Shown here one piece after another: positions 1 to 14,230 of a DNA stretch of 64,000 nucleotides; the first letter of the stretch is position 1, and every line of letters begins with the position of its first letter. The notes under the pieces are model-generated. The model saw nothing but the letters and a program-made list of their open reading frames with translations. It did no database searches and was not told the origin of the DNA. The DNA is taken from the NCBI GenBank assembly GCA_023213395.1, contig CM041465.1, positions 132,005,741 through 132,069,740 on the forward strand. The letters run 5' to 3'. This stretch comes from Cycas panzhihuaensis. Lineage: Eukaryota > Plantae > Cycadophyta. The position numbers and the translations under genes are program-made.

Positions 1-3000
1 TACCATTCGATCTTGAAGGTGTTTGTTTTTGTTTGCGAATTCTATCTTATTGCAGGTTTTATTTCTAACATGGTATCAGAGCTAAGGTGAAGTGAGCTTG
101 AGCAAGGTGAACGCTGGTTGAGCAAGGCGTTGGTTGATGAAAACCTAATTTTGGTGTGTGAGGAGGTTCTCGTTTTTTGTTCAATAATGCCCACTCCTCT
201 TGCAACCATTGTTGAGCATGTAGAAGCCCTATGATTGTAAAAGGATACGGATCACGTCACCGTTGAAGCGAACGCAGTAAGTCTGTTCAGTTCTATTTGA
301 AGATGTTGTCGTGTTTCGTTCGCCCCTTACTATTTTGTTCTATTCTGTCTGCATGAAAAGGAGAGTATGAGCCTTTGCATTATTTGCATGTACGAACTTC
401 GCTATCATGAAGAAACCCTAATCTAGAAGAAATAGTTTGGGTCTGTTTTCATTTCATTCCTATGTTCATTTGCGCTCTATATTATGCCCTAATTTGTGAT
501 CATTAATGAACATGCCAGACGAATGTATGCCAACCGTATACATGCAAACACCCTTATGTGTGTTGATTTGATCGCTGGTCTGCATGTTCCCATCGCTGTT
601 CTATATTCTGCATGATATTATAAAATGGCTGCCCTTTGGTGTATTTGTGCGTACTGCGTGATGATTATATAGCTGTTGTACAATGTATACTCTATCTACC
701 AATGTGATTAATGTCGTTGTGTTGATTTGTTTATTTGTAAAATCGCTTGAACATCTGATTATATTGTTGCTGCCGCCATTGATAATTGATAATTACAGTC
801 GCTTGTGAACATTTTTGCATGTTTATATTCTATCGCCGGTACCCTTCGTGTATAATTGTTCGCCCAATGAAGTTTTTGCAACCATCGTTTCCATATGCAG
901 ATTCGCTAGTTTGATATTACAGCCATGATATTTTGAATATGCAACCGCCATTGCCCATATGTATTTGATAATTATATGGTTGCAATTTATTTGCCATTTT
1001 AGTTTCCATTCATGTTTATATCATGTGATATGAAAAAATCACCATTCGCGCGACATGTATATATATATATATATATATAAGCAACCGCATCTCTTTTGGA
1101 CATTCTGCTCTATCAAATCCGAATTATCTACTCGTCCTGCATTATCGGTGCCTTTGGCCACGACAGAAACCTCCAAAATCAGATTTCCAGAGTTGCTTAA
1201 GCTAGACAAGTATGAGACTTGTGGAGGCTGCAGATCAACAGTTGACTGTTAACTTGTCTAGGAATCTAATGCCTATACTTCTTAGAGTGCTAGTTCATTA
1301 GAAGGTGTGTTGGTATAGCAATATATGCTATATATTGATTAGCATTTTGTTTGAGTGGTTTTCAGCAGCATTGGTGTATACATGTAAAGTCTCTTGAGCT
1401 TGATTTTTGGCTCCCTTGAGCATAACGGCATGTGGATTAGAAGAGATTGACAAGCACGTAGATAAACAATGTTGGTTGCAGTGTTTTTTGAAAATCATTT
1501 CTTTGGCATCTTTCAGCCACATTTGTTAATAATATGTTTGTTTCTTTGAGTGTTTTGTTGGCATGAGATGAGCTGCTTCATATGAGATCCGTTAGAGGCA
1601 AAGTATTGTCTGGGGAAAGGAGGGACTTGTTGAGAGTCATGTGAAGGTCTGAGAAGGACTGTTGGATGTTAATTCACATGGGAAAGAACTTTCTAGATAG
1701 CTTAGTGTACCAGTTTCTTTGAAGATATGATGGATGCAAATGGAATATTGGCTAATAAGTGGTTTGTAAAATTGATCAGATCTCTTTCAGCTTAATGCAT
1801 GTATCTAGCCATGATTTGCAGTCTTTGAATACGCATGCAGTTTGCTCGTACGCCTTTTGATTTAGATTTGCGTTTTTATACTGTTTGCCAAAGTCGCCCA
1901 GTTATTTATTTTATGACACAAATATGGATATATATATTGGTAGTCGTTTTCTTCGGCTTGTATGTATAGTGTCGCTGTGATGATATATATGCCACCGCGT
2001 TCTCACATTATTCAGTTCGTATATTAAATGACATTTTGATACTTTTGCCTTTATATTTTCTCTGCCGTTCTTTGTTATATATTTGAAATCGGGTACATGA
2101 TATATCAATGTTATTTTGATATATTTTGAGTGATTTTGATTTTTCAATGTCGCCCTTTTTGGTGTAATATATCAATTGCTTATTTTACCTTGAGATATCT
2201 CAAGGTACTTTGGTTTATTATTGAGCCTCCTTTTGATATTATGGAGCTATTGCCTTGTTATTGTATTAAGTGCTGGTAATAGCTTCAAGCATCTTGGATC
2301 AAGTATGGTGATGGGTTTTTGGTGGCAAAGTAAGTATTGGCATTGAATTAGCAATTGCAAGATCTCTTGTATGCATTTTGCATAAGAAATAGGCGATATG
2401 AGGCCCTCCAACATGTGATTATATAGGAGAGTGAGTCGGGTGATATAGGTGACAAGAAGCGATAATGCATGTGTTTGCATGAGTGAGTTGGGTGGCATAT
2501 GGCAACTTAGTGCTCCTTGGAATGTGATTTACATGAAGGAGCTTCATGGGCAAGATAAGGCAAGAGAAGGGCAATAAGAAGGCATGTTTGATGGTGTGCT
2601 TTATTAATTGACTGAATGGGCAAAACAGGATGAGTTGAGTTGCAAGGAAGCAAACTTTGTTGAGTGATGTAGTGGCATGAGTTGTGTTTTGGGCAATTAA
2701 GTGAAGTGTGTGTCTTAGCGATTTAATAGCAACATGTGGCATGTATGATCATTGTGAGATTTATGAGGCATTGATTTGGTGAAGTGAGTGTTTAGATTCT
2801 ATGTGACTATTTGGCGATATGAGAAATGGACAAGGTGATGGCGTGATGATGAAGTTAGTGATGTGAGAGACATGAGACATGAGAAAGTTTGTTGAGATTA
2901 GTTAATGGGCATGTTACCAATGTTAGGTAAGCTTGTTGATTGAAAAAGGGGGACATTGTTTGGAGGTACACTTACAATCATGGAGGAAAATGATGTGGTC

Positions 3001-4328
3001 ATGTATGTTCATGAAACAAATGAATATTACTTAAGGGATTCATTTCTTCTGATACCTAAGTGCAATGGAGAAAACTATTTCTTTTGGACGATTAAAATAT
3101 GATGTTTTTTCATAGCTAGAAGTTTGTGGAAACTTGTTACTGATGGATATGATATCCCTAAGGATGAAGAAGAAAAGGAAATGTTTGAAAAGAAAGACAA
3201 AAAGGCATTCATCATGATTCTTGCTGCATTAGACAAGGCTGATCTTCCTTCCGCATACCATTTTGTTATTCCTAAGATTCAACATGCAAATACTGCTAAG
3301 GAAGTTTGGGATTTTTTAAGGGATGTATTTGAACAAACTCTTGAAGAGATACAACGAATAATTGAAAAGGCAAATAAGGTCAATGATGGTTATGATACAG
3401 GTACAACGAATGAAGAAAATATTATCAACACCGATGAAACTGTATGTTAAGATGAAGAATGTTTGAATATTGATGAAACTACTACTGAACATATGACTGA
3501 ATGCATTGATGAGACTACAACTACTACTGAAGACATTGAAAGTGATGAATCGATAAAGGCTTACTTAAATGACACCATGATTTGAAGAGAAATTGAATAT
3601 GAATCTGATGGTCCTATAGAAGATGAGTCTCGTATTGATTCAAGTCTGAATGATGTTCCTTCTTTGAGCATTGATTCAAGTTCAAAGAGTATGCAAGTTG
3701 ATCAAGATTCCGCTCCCAAGGTTGAAGAAATCACTGTTGTATATGGTGATCAAGAATGTATACAGGATATTGATGAAAAACATGTTGTGTTTGAAGTTGG
3801 TTACTTACAGGATCTACATCAAAATCAGACTAGACCAGTCACAAATCATGATTTGCACTTGCTAGAGTTGCTACAACAAAGTCATCACTACAAGATTGAA
3901 GACGAAAATCAAGTTGAGGACATCATACATCAATGTCATCACTGCAGAATTAAAGACGAAAATCAAATTGAAGACACCATTCTACAACAAAGGCATCACT
4001 ACGAGATTGAAGACAAGGATCAAGTTGAAAACATCATCTTCAAGACATCTCCAAGGACAAGGCGTTGCAAATACAGATGACCCAAATGTGCATTAACGGG
4101 GAGTGTTGGAATATTAGTAATGCACATTTGTTTGTCCCACATGCAAGTGGGTCCCACTCTCACTATCATGTCATGTATTATAAATACACACATAGTGTAT
4201 CATATGATGTCTCAATTGTAAAGATGTTTTGTTAATACAATTTGAGGTACCTTAAGGGTACCGTTCGATCTTGGAGGTGTTTGTTTTTGTTTGCGAATTC
4301 TATCTTATTGCAGGTTTTATTTCTAACA
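1..4328 (+). mobile_element. Non-autonomous gag-only (TR-GAG-like) LTR retroelement; 5' LTR cut by the window start
   Basis: LTR end 1-70 matches 3' LTR 4104-4328 (TG..CA); PBS tggtatcagagc 71-82 (tRNAi-Met); PPT cggggag before 4104; no RT/INT/RNaseH inside. Confidence 0.85.
2980..4080 (+). pseudogene. Copia-type gag (DUF4219/UBN2-like) with acidic, repeat-containing C-terminal extension
   Basis: One frame from ATG 2980 (PKCNGENYFFW..LWKLVTDGY..ANTAKEVWDFL) through ORFs 3124 and 3664, broken by a few in-frame stops. Confidence 0.75.
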
Positions 4329-5485
4329 AGTAGGGCTAGTTGAGTGATGTAGGGACCACATAGAGCATAGAATTGAGGAGCAACCACGTAAGAAACAGAG
4401 GGATGATTCACGCAATGCAACCTCGAGATCAAACAATGCCAATGTAGGGACGATACAAAGTGCAAAATGGAATCACACAACCTTGAACGATGGACGACAA
4501 CACCACTAGGAATGCAGACATTAAAATGGAGAGGGCCGTGCAAGAACGACAGCCGCAGAGATCACGCAAGGTCCAACAGATGCCACAATGGCAACAACGC
4601 AGTCTCATAGGTGATAAAAAGGGCCAAACAAAGGTTGCCCAACCAATGCAGGGACAAATACCAATTGATATGGCTCAATAGTAGCCCATAGAAAAATGTA
4701 TAATGACCATACTTTAAAATAACAACCAATAGATGATATAATCAAGCAATGAGGCATAGATCTCAAAGAGTGTAGCCTACAGATCATTTGTTTTAGCCAT
4801 AAAGCATTCAAACAAGGATAGAGTTTTGTAGTGAACGATTCTTCATTTAGAAGCTCTGATTTGATTACCAAATCAAAGAGAACAACAGAGGCTTATTAAC
4901 ATTCTCCAATTCAATTGAATGCAACCTTTGATGGGAGTTGCACCAGAGAGGAAGACTAAGCAATAGGCTGGATGGAAACTGAGTAATAGACTTGCTAGAG
5001 TCTAGCTTTGATACCAAGTGAAAGGGGATGAAGGTCTGCTTGGTTTCAGCCCAAGTTCAAGACTCGTAACATCCACCAAAACATTCAACACAATAATCAA
5101 ACATAAAGCAAGGAATTGGTCACAATGCGCCAATGCTGTATTGCATTAACATTAACTCATAAATTCAAAGATACATGATATAATAAAGAGTACATGAAAA
5201 GCCTCACAGAAGAAACAAAAAGAGGCTATTACAAAGTATTGAGAATATTAACGTAGGATCATGCAAGGTGGCAATTGGCACCTTGCATGATTAAACTAAC
5301 TTACGACTATTATGTATGAGGACAAAATCTACCCCACACAACTAGGTTCACAACATTAAGTTGTGACTAAACCCATTTATATTAATGAAGCCCTCAACAT
5401 AAAGTATATACGGACATTATATTACATTAATGATACAAATGATCCTTTGATGAATTAATGAAATACATCATTAGTTCTTCTATCA
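4329..5485 (-). mobile_element. Old LTR element (5' LTR about 5019-5485 plus leader) interrupted by the element at 1-4328
   Basis: Reverse PBS gctttgatacca 5005-5016, then 2 nt and TG at 5019; far LTR end uncertain. Confidence 0.55.
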
Positions 5486-5892
5486 AATTGATTATCCAAG
5501 AGATTGGGGATACATTCCCAATTCTCAATTATCATTTACTAGGGTTTAAGGAGAGTAAGATATGCTAATGGATGGCTCAGAGAGATTGATCTAGGGGAAA
5601 TTGATGGATTGGTTTGGGGTATAAAAATGAGACCTTGACATTGCTTTCATCTTGTCACTGATGGGGGTGCTATTTGATGGATAAGGACATTGTTGAGGGT
5701 GGAAGTGGTAAGATGAGTAGGTTGCCACTTGGTTCTAGCGATGGACTCTTGGGGGCAATGCACTTGAAAGTTCTCTATGGTGGTGTTGGAGCAACACTTG
5801 ATATCCTCTCATTCATGCAACTTTATAGTGTACTCTCATCTTAGTTATGTATGATTGCTTTTACTTGTTTATATATTATCAAGAGGAATCTA

Positions 5893-5893
<1 letters not shown>

Positions 5894-5934
<41 letters not shown>

Positions 5935-5975
5935 ATGTACATATGCATGATATATATATGTGTGTGTTTGTGTGA

Positions 5976-6008
<33 letters not shown>

Positions 6009-6291
6009 TGTGTGTGTGTGGTGTGTGTGTGTATGTATGTATATACATACATACATACATGTATGTATATACATGTATGTATGTATGTATATACATACAT
6101 ACACACACACGTGTGTATATATATATATATAGATACATATACATAATGTATATCTATATGTGTATACACATGCACACACATATGTGTGTATATATATACA
6201 TGCATGTGTATGTGTACATATGTACACACACACACACACACACGTGTGTGTGTGTGTCTACATATATGTATATATGTATGTATGTATGTGT
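5894..6291. repeat. Compound microsatellite (CT, CA, TA, TG, ATGT/CATA)
   Basis: Directly visible; source of spurious ORFs at 5841-6325. Confidence 0.97.
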
Positions 6292-9200
6292 AGAAGTAAT
6301 AAGCTATCATGACTAAGGTACACATAGCTGTGTTTTGTTGTATAGTTGTTTTTGTTTCTTACCCTATTTGTTCGTATTCGTGTTATTTTATTAATGTTTT
6401 AAGGAACACCAAGTTTATTTTATAAGAAGAAATTTTGGTGTAGGAATTGGTATGAGTGAGGACACTCAACCATAAGTTGATGCTCACTTGGAATGTGTCA
6501 TGGTTGCATTTTGCAAGACATGTGACAGTTGACTGTATAAATAGAAGGCATATTAGGTGGTAGGTCAACCTACATGCTAGTTGACAGGTCGGCTTGCCAT
6601 ACCAAAGGTAGGTCGACAAGCATACCAAATGATGAACAATGAATAAACAAGCTGAGAGATGAAGGGCATAGTGATGTATGTAGTGCCAATGCATAGTGGA
6701 GCATGACAATCATATACGGGAGTATATGCAAGGGAGTACTAATGTATGCGACTTACTAATAACAAGGGCTAAACTATGGCTCAAAATAGTTAGTTAAACA
6801 CGTAGTACTAGTGCAAAGAGACACGTGGTTAAAGGTTAATGAAGAGATATGAGTGTAAACCAAGGGTTGCACCAATATATGGTGTGTTGCCCTTGGGTAG
6901 AGATGATTCAATATAGGACAAGAGGCATTTATTTTGTGCAGTGTCTTCCGTGTATGATTGAATGTGTATTAATGCTATAATGTTTATGACCAAACTTGTA
7001 TGTTTCATGTATGCCCATGCATTTTGACTTGTGTACAAGAAGTGTGTAGCGTTTAGACCATGTAGATTGATGTAATGCCATATCGAGGATGGAGTATACC
7101 AACATAAACAATTATTGAAGATGAGTATCTCATAACAATATTTGTAGAATGTAGGTTGTATATGTTCAATTGTGTCTACTGCTTAACTTTAGTATAGGCA
7201 CACTAGTGTTGAAAGATGTTTTCCCCATTTCTAGGAAGTTTAACCTCCTGTATTCCTATCTCTAAGATTCTCCTAGTTGTTTCTTTAATAATTTTTATCC
7301 TCCTATATGTTGCTTTCCCATACCTAGGACTCTCCTCGATGATTTTGTAATAGTGTCTCCCTTTTATCTTCCAGAATAATTGACTTTAACAACAATGATA
7401 GTAGGGTTCTTTAGGGTTGCAATCGAGCAGTTTTTTTCTCTAGTAGTTTGAATTGTAAAAGATGCCAACAAAATGCTCATACATCCATTAGCTTTTATTA
7501 GTATGGAAAGGAGAGAACAAATGGTTTGAGTCAAAATATGATATGACAAAGGTGATGTCTCTTTCCTAGTGAACAATTAGTCACAAAAGGGGGAAAGAGA
7601 GTACTCAGGATTCTTTCCTTACTTTCCTAGTTATTATTAATTGCAAGTCCACTTTTTATAATAGGAGAAGGTAGGTTTAGGTGGTTACTATCCTAATTAA
7701 CCCTTCACTAATTATTTTATAATCGAGTTTTTCCTTGACTACCTCAATTACAGCTTAACCAGAGTCATTTGCTCGGTTAAGTCTTTTTATTATAATAAAT
7801 GTATTTTAACCTTACTTTTCTTATTGCTTACATAAATGCAATGATGATTTCTTATCATTTCCTTCCATCTTTAGGATGAAATTGTCCCCAATTTTAGGGA
7901 TTCATTGAGATGTGGGATGTATTAGTCTCTTGAGAACCAATTCACCGGTCGAAACAATTTGCCTTTATTGACAATTAAGTAGGAGGCTTTCTAGTTTATA
8001 CCCTTGGTTTGGATGTTAAGAATTATGCCAGTTGTGAATGGAACCTTAGGATCATCAAGAATGCCCTCCAAAATATGGTGCATGTTGACTTGCAAAGGCA
8101 AGGTGTTGTGAACATGATGAAGAAGCAATATTGTAGGAGTTGAAGATCAAGGGACTTTTGCAATGGTAGCAACTAAAGTTGGTGAAGAGGACTAGAATTT
8201 GTACTTCTTTCCATCTTTCTATAAGACATAGTTGTTCTCCCAACCATAATAGCATGTGGCTTAGTCGTAATGAAATGGCTTGTCAAGAAGCAGATCGTCA
8301 CAATCCAATGCAATAACATTGCAGGTTACCGTATCAATCTCTAGTTTCATGGTAGACATTACATGGCAAGTTTGGTAACTTGAATTGGTGAGATCCCCTT
8401 CTTGACCCATCGGAGACATATGGATGCAATTCAGTTTGGAGTTTGAGGTTATTGACCAATTGCTCCAAAACCAAGTTTTTCACAGTATCGTTGTAAAAAA
8501 TACACTGTACTTATTTGTCTTTTATGTGGCATTCGCAGGTGAAAAGGGCTTCTTTGTTGGTAGTTGTGTGTGGTCTAACCACGGCGTTAAGATTTGGATC
8601 TATTGTATCCAATTCTATTACTCGAACCACAACAACTTCTTTTGGCGATTTTTTTATTACAAGTGTCTCAGATGCAACTGCCTTTGATGATGTCTTCTGT
8701 TTTCAACATTAAGCATCTAAATGCGAGTAGATCTTATGCGTTTGATGATATTTGACTGGAGTTTTACCCTTTTAGTTGCTGTATACCCATGAGTGATTGG
8801 AGAGTTGTCAATAATGGGGCTCTTTGGGCTTTGTGAAGATGTTGTAGTTTGTTGCACCTTAAGTGGAGTTTGTTATTTGCCACGAGACTACACCTTAAGA
8901 GCATATTCAAAAGAGTTATCTATAGTATTAATCGAGAAATAATCCAAATCTATCTATAAATTAAAAAAACAGACCATTGAGAAATTTCAGTGCTTGTTGT
9001 TTCTTAGGATTCATAATCTTAAGAGTGATGACTAGCTTATGAAATCAGTCGATGTAATGCTACACCAATTCGTCAAGATGTTGTCTGAGTTGGTGTTAAG
9101 AAACACGAATGAACGCATACATGTTTACATCTGTAGAATCTTTTACCATACACAACAAGCAAACAAGATAAACACAAAAAACGGTTGCACAGTACATAGG

Positions 9201-12200
9201 ATTTACATGGGAAACCCTTTCAGGAAAAACCTTACCACAAAGATCTATTGATCACATTGATTACTACTTGATTGATTTGAATATACAAGGGCTCTAAGAT
9301 ATTTATAATCCTTCCACAAGGCGTCAACTGACAAGGGTTGCGACTCTTTGCATAACTCGCACCATTTCATTGATCACATTAGTTAAACCACCACATTAAC
9401 ATTAATAAGTGGTTTAATAAACAACTGCCACACTAACATCTCCCCTTAATGTGAATGTGGGGAACCTGCAACCTGTAATAGTTGTGTTGTCGCGAAGGCT
9501 AGGACTATCCTACTTCTTTATTCTTGTTGATACATTCCCCCTCAAGAATAATATCTGTGAGTCCTAATCCGGTATGCATCTTTGTGAATTGATCTTCAAT
9601 AAGTGCTTTGATGAAGACGTTTAGAAGCTAATATTCACTTGGATAATAGTCAACTTGCAGCTTCCTTGATTTGATCTATTCACGGATGTAGTGGTGCTGT
9701 ATCTCAATGTGCTTCGTATGAGCATGAAACTCTAGATTTTTTGACAAGAAAATGGTACTCTAGTTATCAACAAAAATAATTGGATGGCCATTTGAAACTC
9801 TAAGAACTTCCAAGAGACCTTGCAACCATACAACATTTTTAGCACCAGCATTGAGTCCTTGATATTCTGCCTCTGTAGAAGATAATTCCAATGTTTGTTG
9901 CTTCTTTGACTGGCACGAAACAAATCCATTACTGACACCAAAGATGTATCCAGTAGTGGACTTTGATCGTCAGAGTCTCCTCCCCAATCAACATCAGTGT
10001 AACCATACAATTTTATCTCTTCACCACAAAGGTATTCGAGGCCAAGATTAAGTATCCCCTTCAAGTACTTCAAAATCCGCTTCGCTGCAACCTAATATGG
10101 TTCCTAAGGATTTTGTATATATCGGGAAACCAATCCAATAGCATATGCGATATTTGGTTTGGTATGAGTTAAATAGATCAGATTCCCTACTAACTGATGG
10201 TACATTGTTCCATCTACAAAGGATTTGGCCATATCTTTCTACAGTCTTATGCCCTTAACATATGGTGTTGCAACCAGCTTGTAATATTGCATCTTGAACA
10301 TTTCCAATAGGTTCTTCACATACTGTGTCTACAACAACATGATCCGATCTTCCATCTGCTTGACTTGAATGCCCAAGAAGTAGTGAAGTGGCTTGAGGTC
10401 TGTCATATCAGAGGTAGCTCCCAAATTGGACTTAACTCCAACAATAGTCTTATTATAGTTGCCTCCAAGGAGTAAATCATCCACATATAACATAATAGCT
10501 ACTAATGAGGTCCTACTCCTTTTCACATACAGATTCGGGTCTAGATCTAAAACAACAAATCCTTCTGCCTCCAACTTAGCATCGATCTTCTCATACCAAA
10601 CACGGGGTGCTTGTTTTAGGCCATAGAGTGATTTCTTCAATCGACACACAAGATGCTCTTGGCCTATTTTAATGAATCCTAGAGGTTGTGACATGTAAAT
10701 GCCCTCCTTTAGATCTTCATTAAGAAACGCAGACTTAACGTTTGTCTGGTATAACTCCCAGCCATATGCAACTGTTAAGGAAATGATGAAATAGATCGTC
10801 ATTATCTTGGAGATTGGTGCAAATGTCTCCTCATAATTAATTCCTTCCTTTTACTTAAACCGTTGAGTGACAAGCCTAGCCTTGTACTTGTCCACCTCTC
10901 CATCGAAGTGGGACTTAATCTTGTAGACCCACTTGCATCCAACAGGGTTGTTCTTTGGAGGGAGCAAAACCAAATCCCATATGTCATTCTTGATGAATGA
11001 ACCATACTCCTCTTCCATCTCAACTCTCCATCGTGGATCTTCCTTCACATCATCATACGAAACAAGATCATTAGAGTTGGTGGTGTCTACCGACATAGTC
11101 TAAATGGCATGCTGACTTCTTGTTCTCTTGTCATCAACGAAGGTATGTATCGCCACTTCGAAATCCTCTATCGTCTTCCTTGCCCATAATGGTATAGAAT
11201 GACCTGGTGCTATAGGTACTTTTTCATGTGACGACTTCTCACTATTACTAGCTCCACTTGGTCTAGCTTCCTCTTGAATTCCAACGATTGGATCATCGTC
11301 CTCTTTGGTTGATAAATCCAGAAATGGAAGTAGTGGGGGGTAAAAAGGCTCTTCTAATGACTTTTCAGCATGATACGTTGATGACTTATCAAATTTAACA
11401 TCCCAACTAATCATAATTCTTTTCCCTTTGCGGATCCTACAGTTTGTAGGCTTCGTTCTGATTATAATACCCCACAAAAATACACTTCAAACTCTTGTGA
11501 TCTAGCTTCTTGCGACCTTTGTCTGGGATGTGTGCATATCCAATGCAGCAAAATATTTTTAAATGATTAATGACAAGTTTACGACTAGTCCATTTCTCTT
11601 CGGGGGTTATGCTTCGAATTGCTTGAGTGGGTACCCTATTTAGAATATAAGCAACAGTCACAACAACTTCTGCCCAAAACTTTGGTGGCAAGTTTTTTTA
11701 ATGCACCATACGCCTTTCCATCTCTATCATGGTACAATTTTTTTCTCTCGGCCACACCATTTTGTTGTGGGGTATACGGTATAGTAAACTCCCGTTTTAT
11801 ACCATGATCCTGGCATAATTGATTAAAGGCATGATTGTTGTATTCCTTGCTATTATCACTTCTCAATGTTTTAATCTTTTTATCACTTTAATTTTTGACA
11901 CTCGTTTTCCAATCACATAAGTGATCAAACACTTTTGACTTGTTTTTTAGGAAATATTCCCAAGTCTTCCTAGTGTAGTCATCTACAAACACTAAGGTAT
12001 ATTGAGCTCCAGATATTGAAGGGTTAGAGAGTGGTCCCATTACGTTTGTATGCACAAGCTCAAGCTTCTCTTTGGCTCTCTAGGCATTGTCCTAAGCAAA
12101 AAGGTAGCGATGATGCTTCCCATACATACACTCTTCACAAACACCATCTGAACATGAAATAGATTGTAATCCTTCCACTATTTTCAACTTTTTTAGCAGT

Positions 12201-14230
12201 GTGATGCTTTTGTAATTAAGGTAACCTAAATGATCATGCCATAGCTTACTCACATCATCTATGCTGGCAACATAAGCATAGGACTTCTTCTAGGATTAAA
12301 ACTTTTCAAACACCCAAAAATTATCTCTAACGTTCCTAGTAGCAATGATAGAGAAATTTTGTTTAGGATCCTTAATTAGATGTCTATCATTATAAAGCTC
12401 CACCTTCATTCCTTGTTTGTAGATTTCTCGAGCTAAAAGTAAATTCAGCTGCATCTTAGGTACATAATAGACCCCTTTAAACTTACCACATGCCAAGGAA
12501 ATATCGCCAACACCCTTAATCGGTAACACAAGAGCATCTCCAAGGATAATCTCAACACCACTATGTTTTTGGAAAGAGATGTGCTTCTGTGCTCTAGAGT
12601 TCAATATCCAATAGTCTCTCCAACTTGACTTGACTGACAAGGCTGACACTTTGACGCAATGTGCTGCTACATTCTTCCCTTTATCATCTTGGCTAAGTAT
12701 TCGCTGTCCCGTCTCTTGAACCAATAGTGCTTTTCTTTGTGGCCTTCCTTCTTGTAGTAGTTACATTTGCTAGTGAATTTCTTTTTCTCTTGACATTCTT
12801 CCCTAGAGCTTTGTGTGAACTTCTCCTCTCGAACAATCTCTCTCCTCCGTGTCTTCATGACTAAGGCCTGACTTAACTTGGAACCTCTAAGCATCCCATG
12901 ATGTTTTAACTTGGCATTCTCTTCTAGAATAAGATTCTTTATGCCATCAAATGTCTCTATCTCCATCACCTCATCTCTGCCATAGATGGTCTAGAAAGTG
13001 GCAAAAGCAGGTGACACCTTTGACATGATTATCGCAAACAAAAGCGCATCATCAATCGAATTTGCCTTCGACTCTTCTAGTTAATTCTTCAAGTTAGTGA
13101 CTTTATTCAGGTAGACGCTTATGTTGGTCTCATCTTCTATTCTAGAATTGAGAAGCTTCAACACAAAAGTCTGATGTCTATTCTTCTTCTTCTTCTCAAA
13201 AGTTTCACACAATTTTGCCTAGATTTTATTCGGCTAATCTAGGTTATCAACCAACGCCCTCTAGTTGACAATTTTAACAATCTGATAGCCATAAACTAGT
13301 TCTCTTGAAGTCGTACACATTCTTTATGGTTAAGCGAGATTGTGTCCACTTTTGCCTTAGTTATTGCCCAGAGTTGATTCACCATCTGTATTAACTCCAG
13401 GTTAGCCTTCCACTCGCTGAAGTTATTGCCATTAAAGATAACTTTGGGCATCACACGATCCATCTCGAGAAATGGGCTTCAAATGATGAGTTAATATCAC
13501 CGAACTACTAGACTTATAGTCTTCTAGACAATACCCACTTCACTGTGATCACCTACTTCTTAAGCATGCTCATTGGGTTACTCTGAACAACGGTTATACA
13601 AGCCAAAATTGCCCACCAACTATCCACCCCTCACCAATAGTCTTCAAGATCATTCTCAAAATACTCAAAAAAGGCTAGAAAACGACTCAAGATGCCTTAG
13701 AATATGCTCCAAACAGAAGAGATTATCTCATAATATTGGGTGTACGGTCCTCCAAGTCAAATCCAATCAATAAATGGTTTAAAAATACTCTCAAAAGTCT
13801 TCACAAGGCTTCACAAATGAACAACATGAATGATAAATGATATAAAAGGCTTTTATAATGTCACTTTTGTGTGGAATATGCCAAAAGGTATATTCTTAAG
13901 GGTTATGGCTATTCACAAAGGTCGCACACCTTATAACTCAACACACATGTTAAAAGTCAAGTAACACATGTTTATTTCTATCGATTAAGGTTTAGATATT
14001 GTAAAATATATCAAACAAAGGTCGTTTGATATTTCATATATTTCCCAAAGTCTTTTTATGAGGTGTAGCTGTCGCACGACTTGCGTTGGTTAATTAACCA
14101 CAAATAGACTCCAAATCACAATACGGCTAGTAAGAATTGACCTACACAAACCAACAAACACATAAGAAGGTATTCAATCCTATTCCAACCATTATTTACA
14201 CTTCTGGTTGCAAACAGGGGGGGGGGGGGC

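Noticed and set aside
5841-6325. ORFs rich in Y/I/C/V/H/T
   Set aside because: Translations of microsatellite
6300-7550. Possible further LTR or repeat with tataaatag at about 6536
   Set aside because: No partner LTR, PBS, PPT or TSD found
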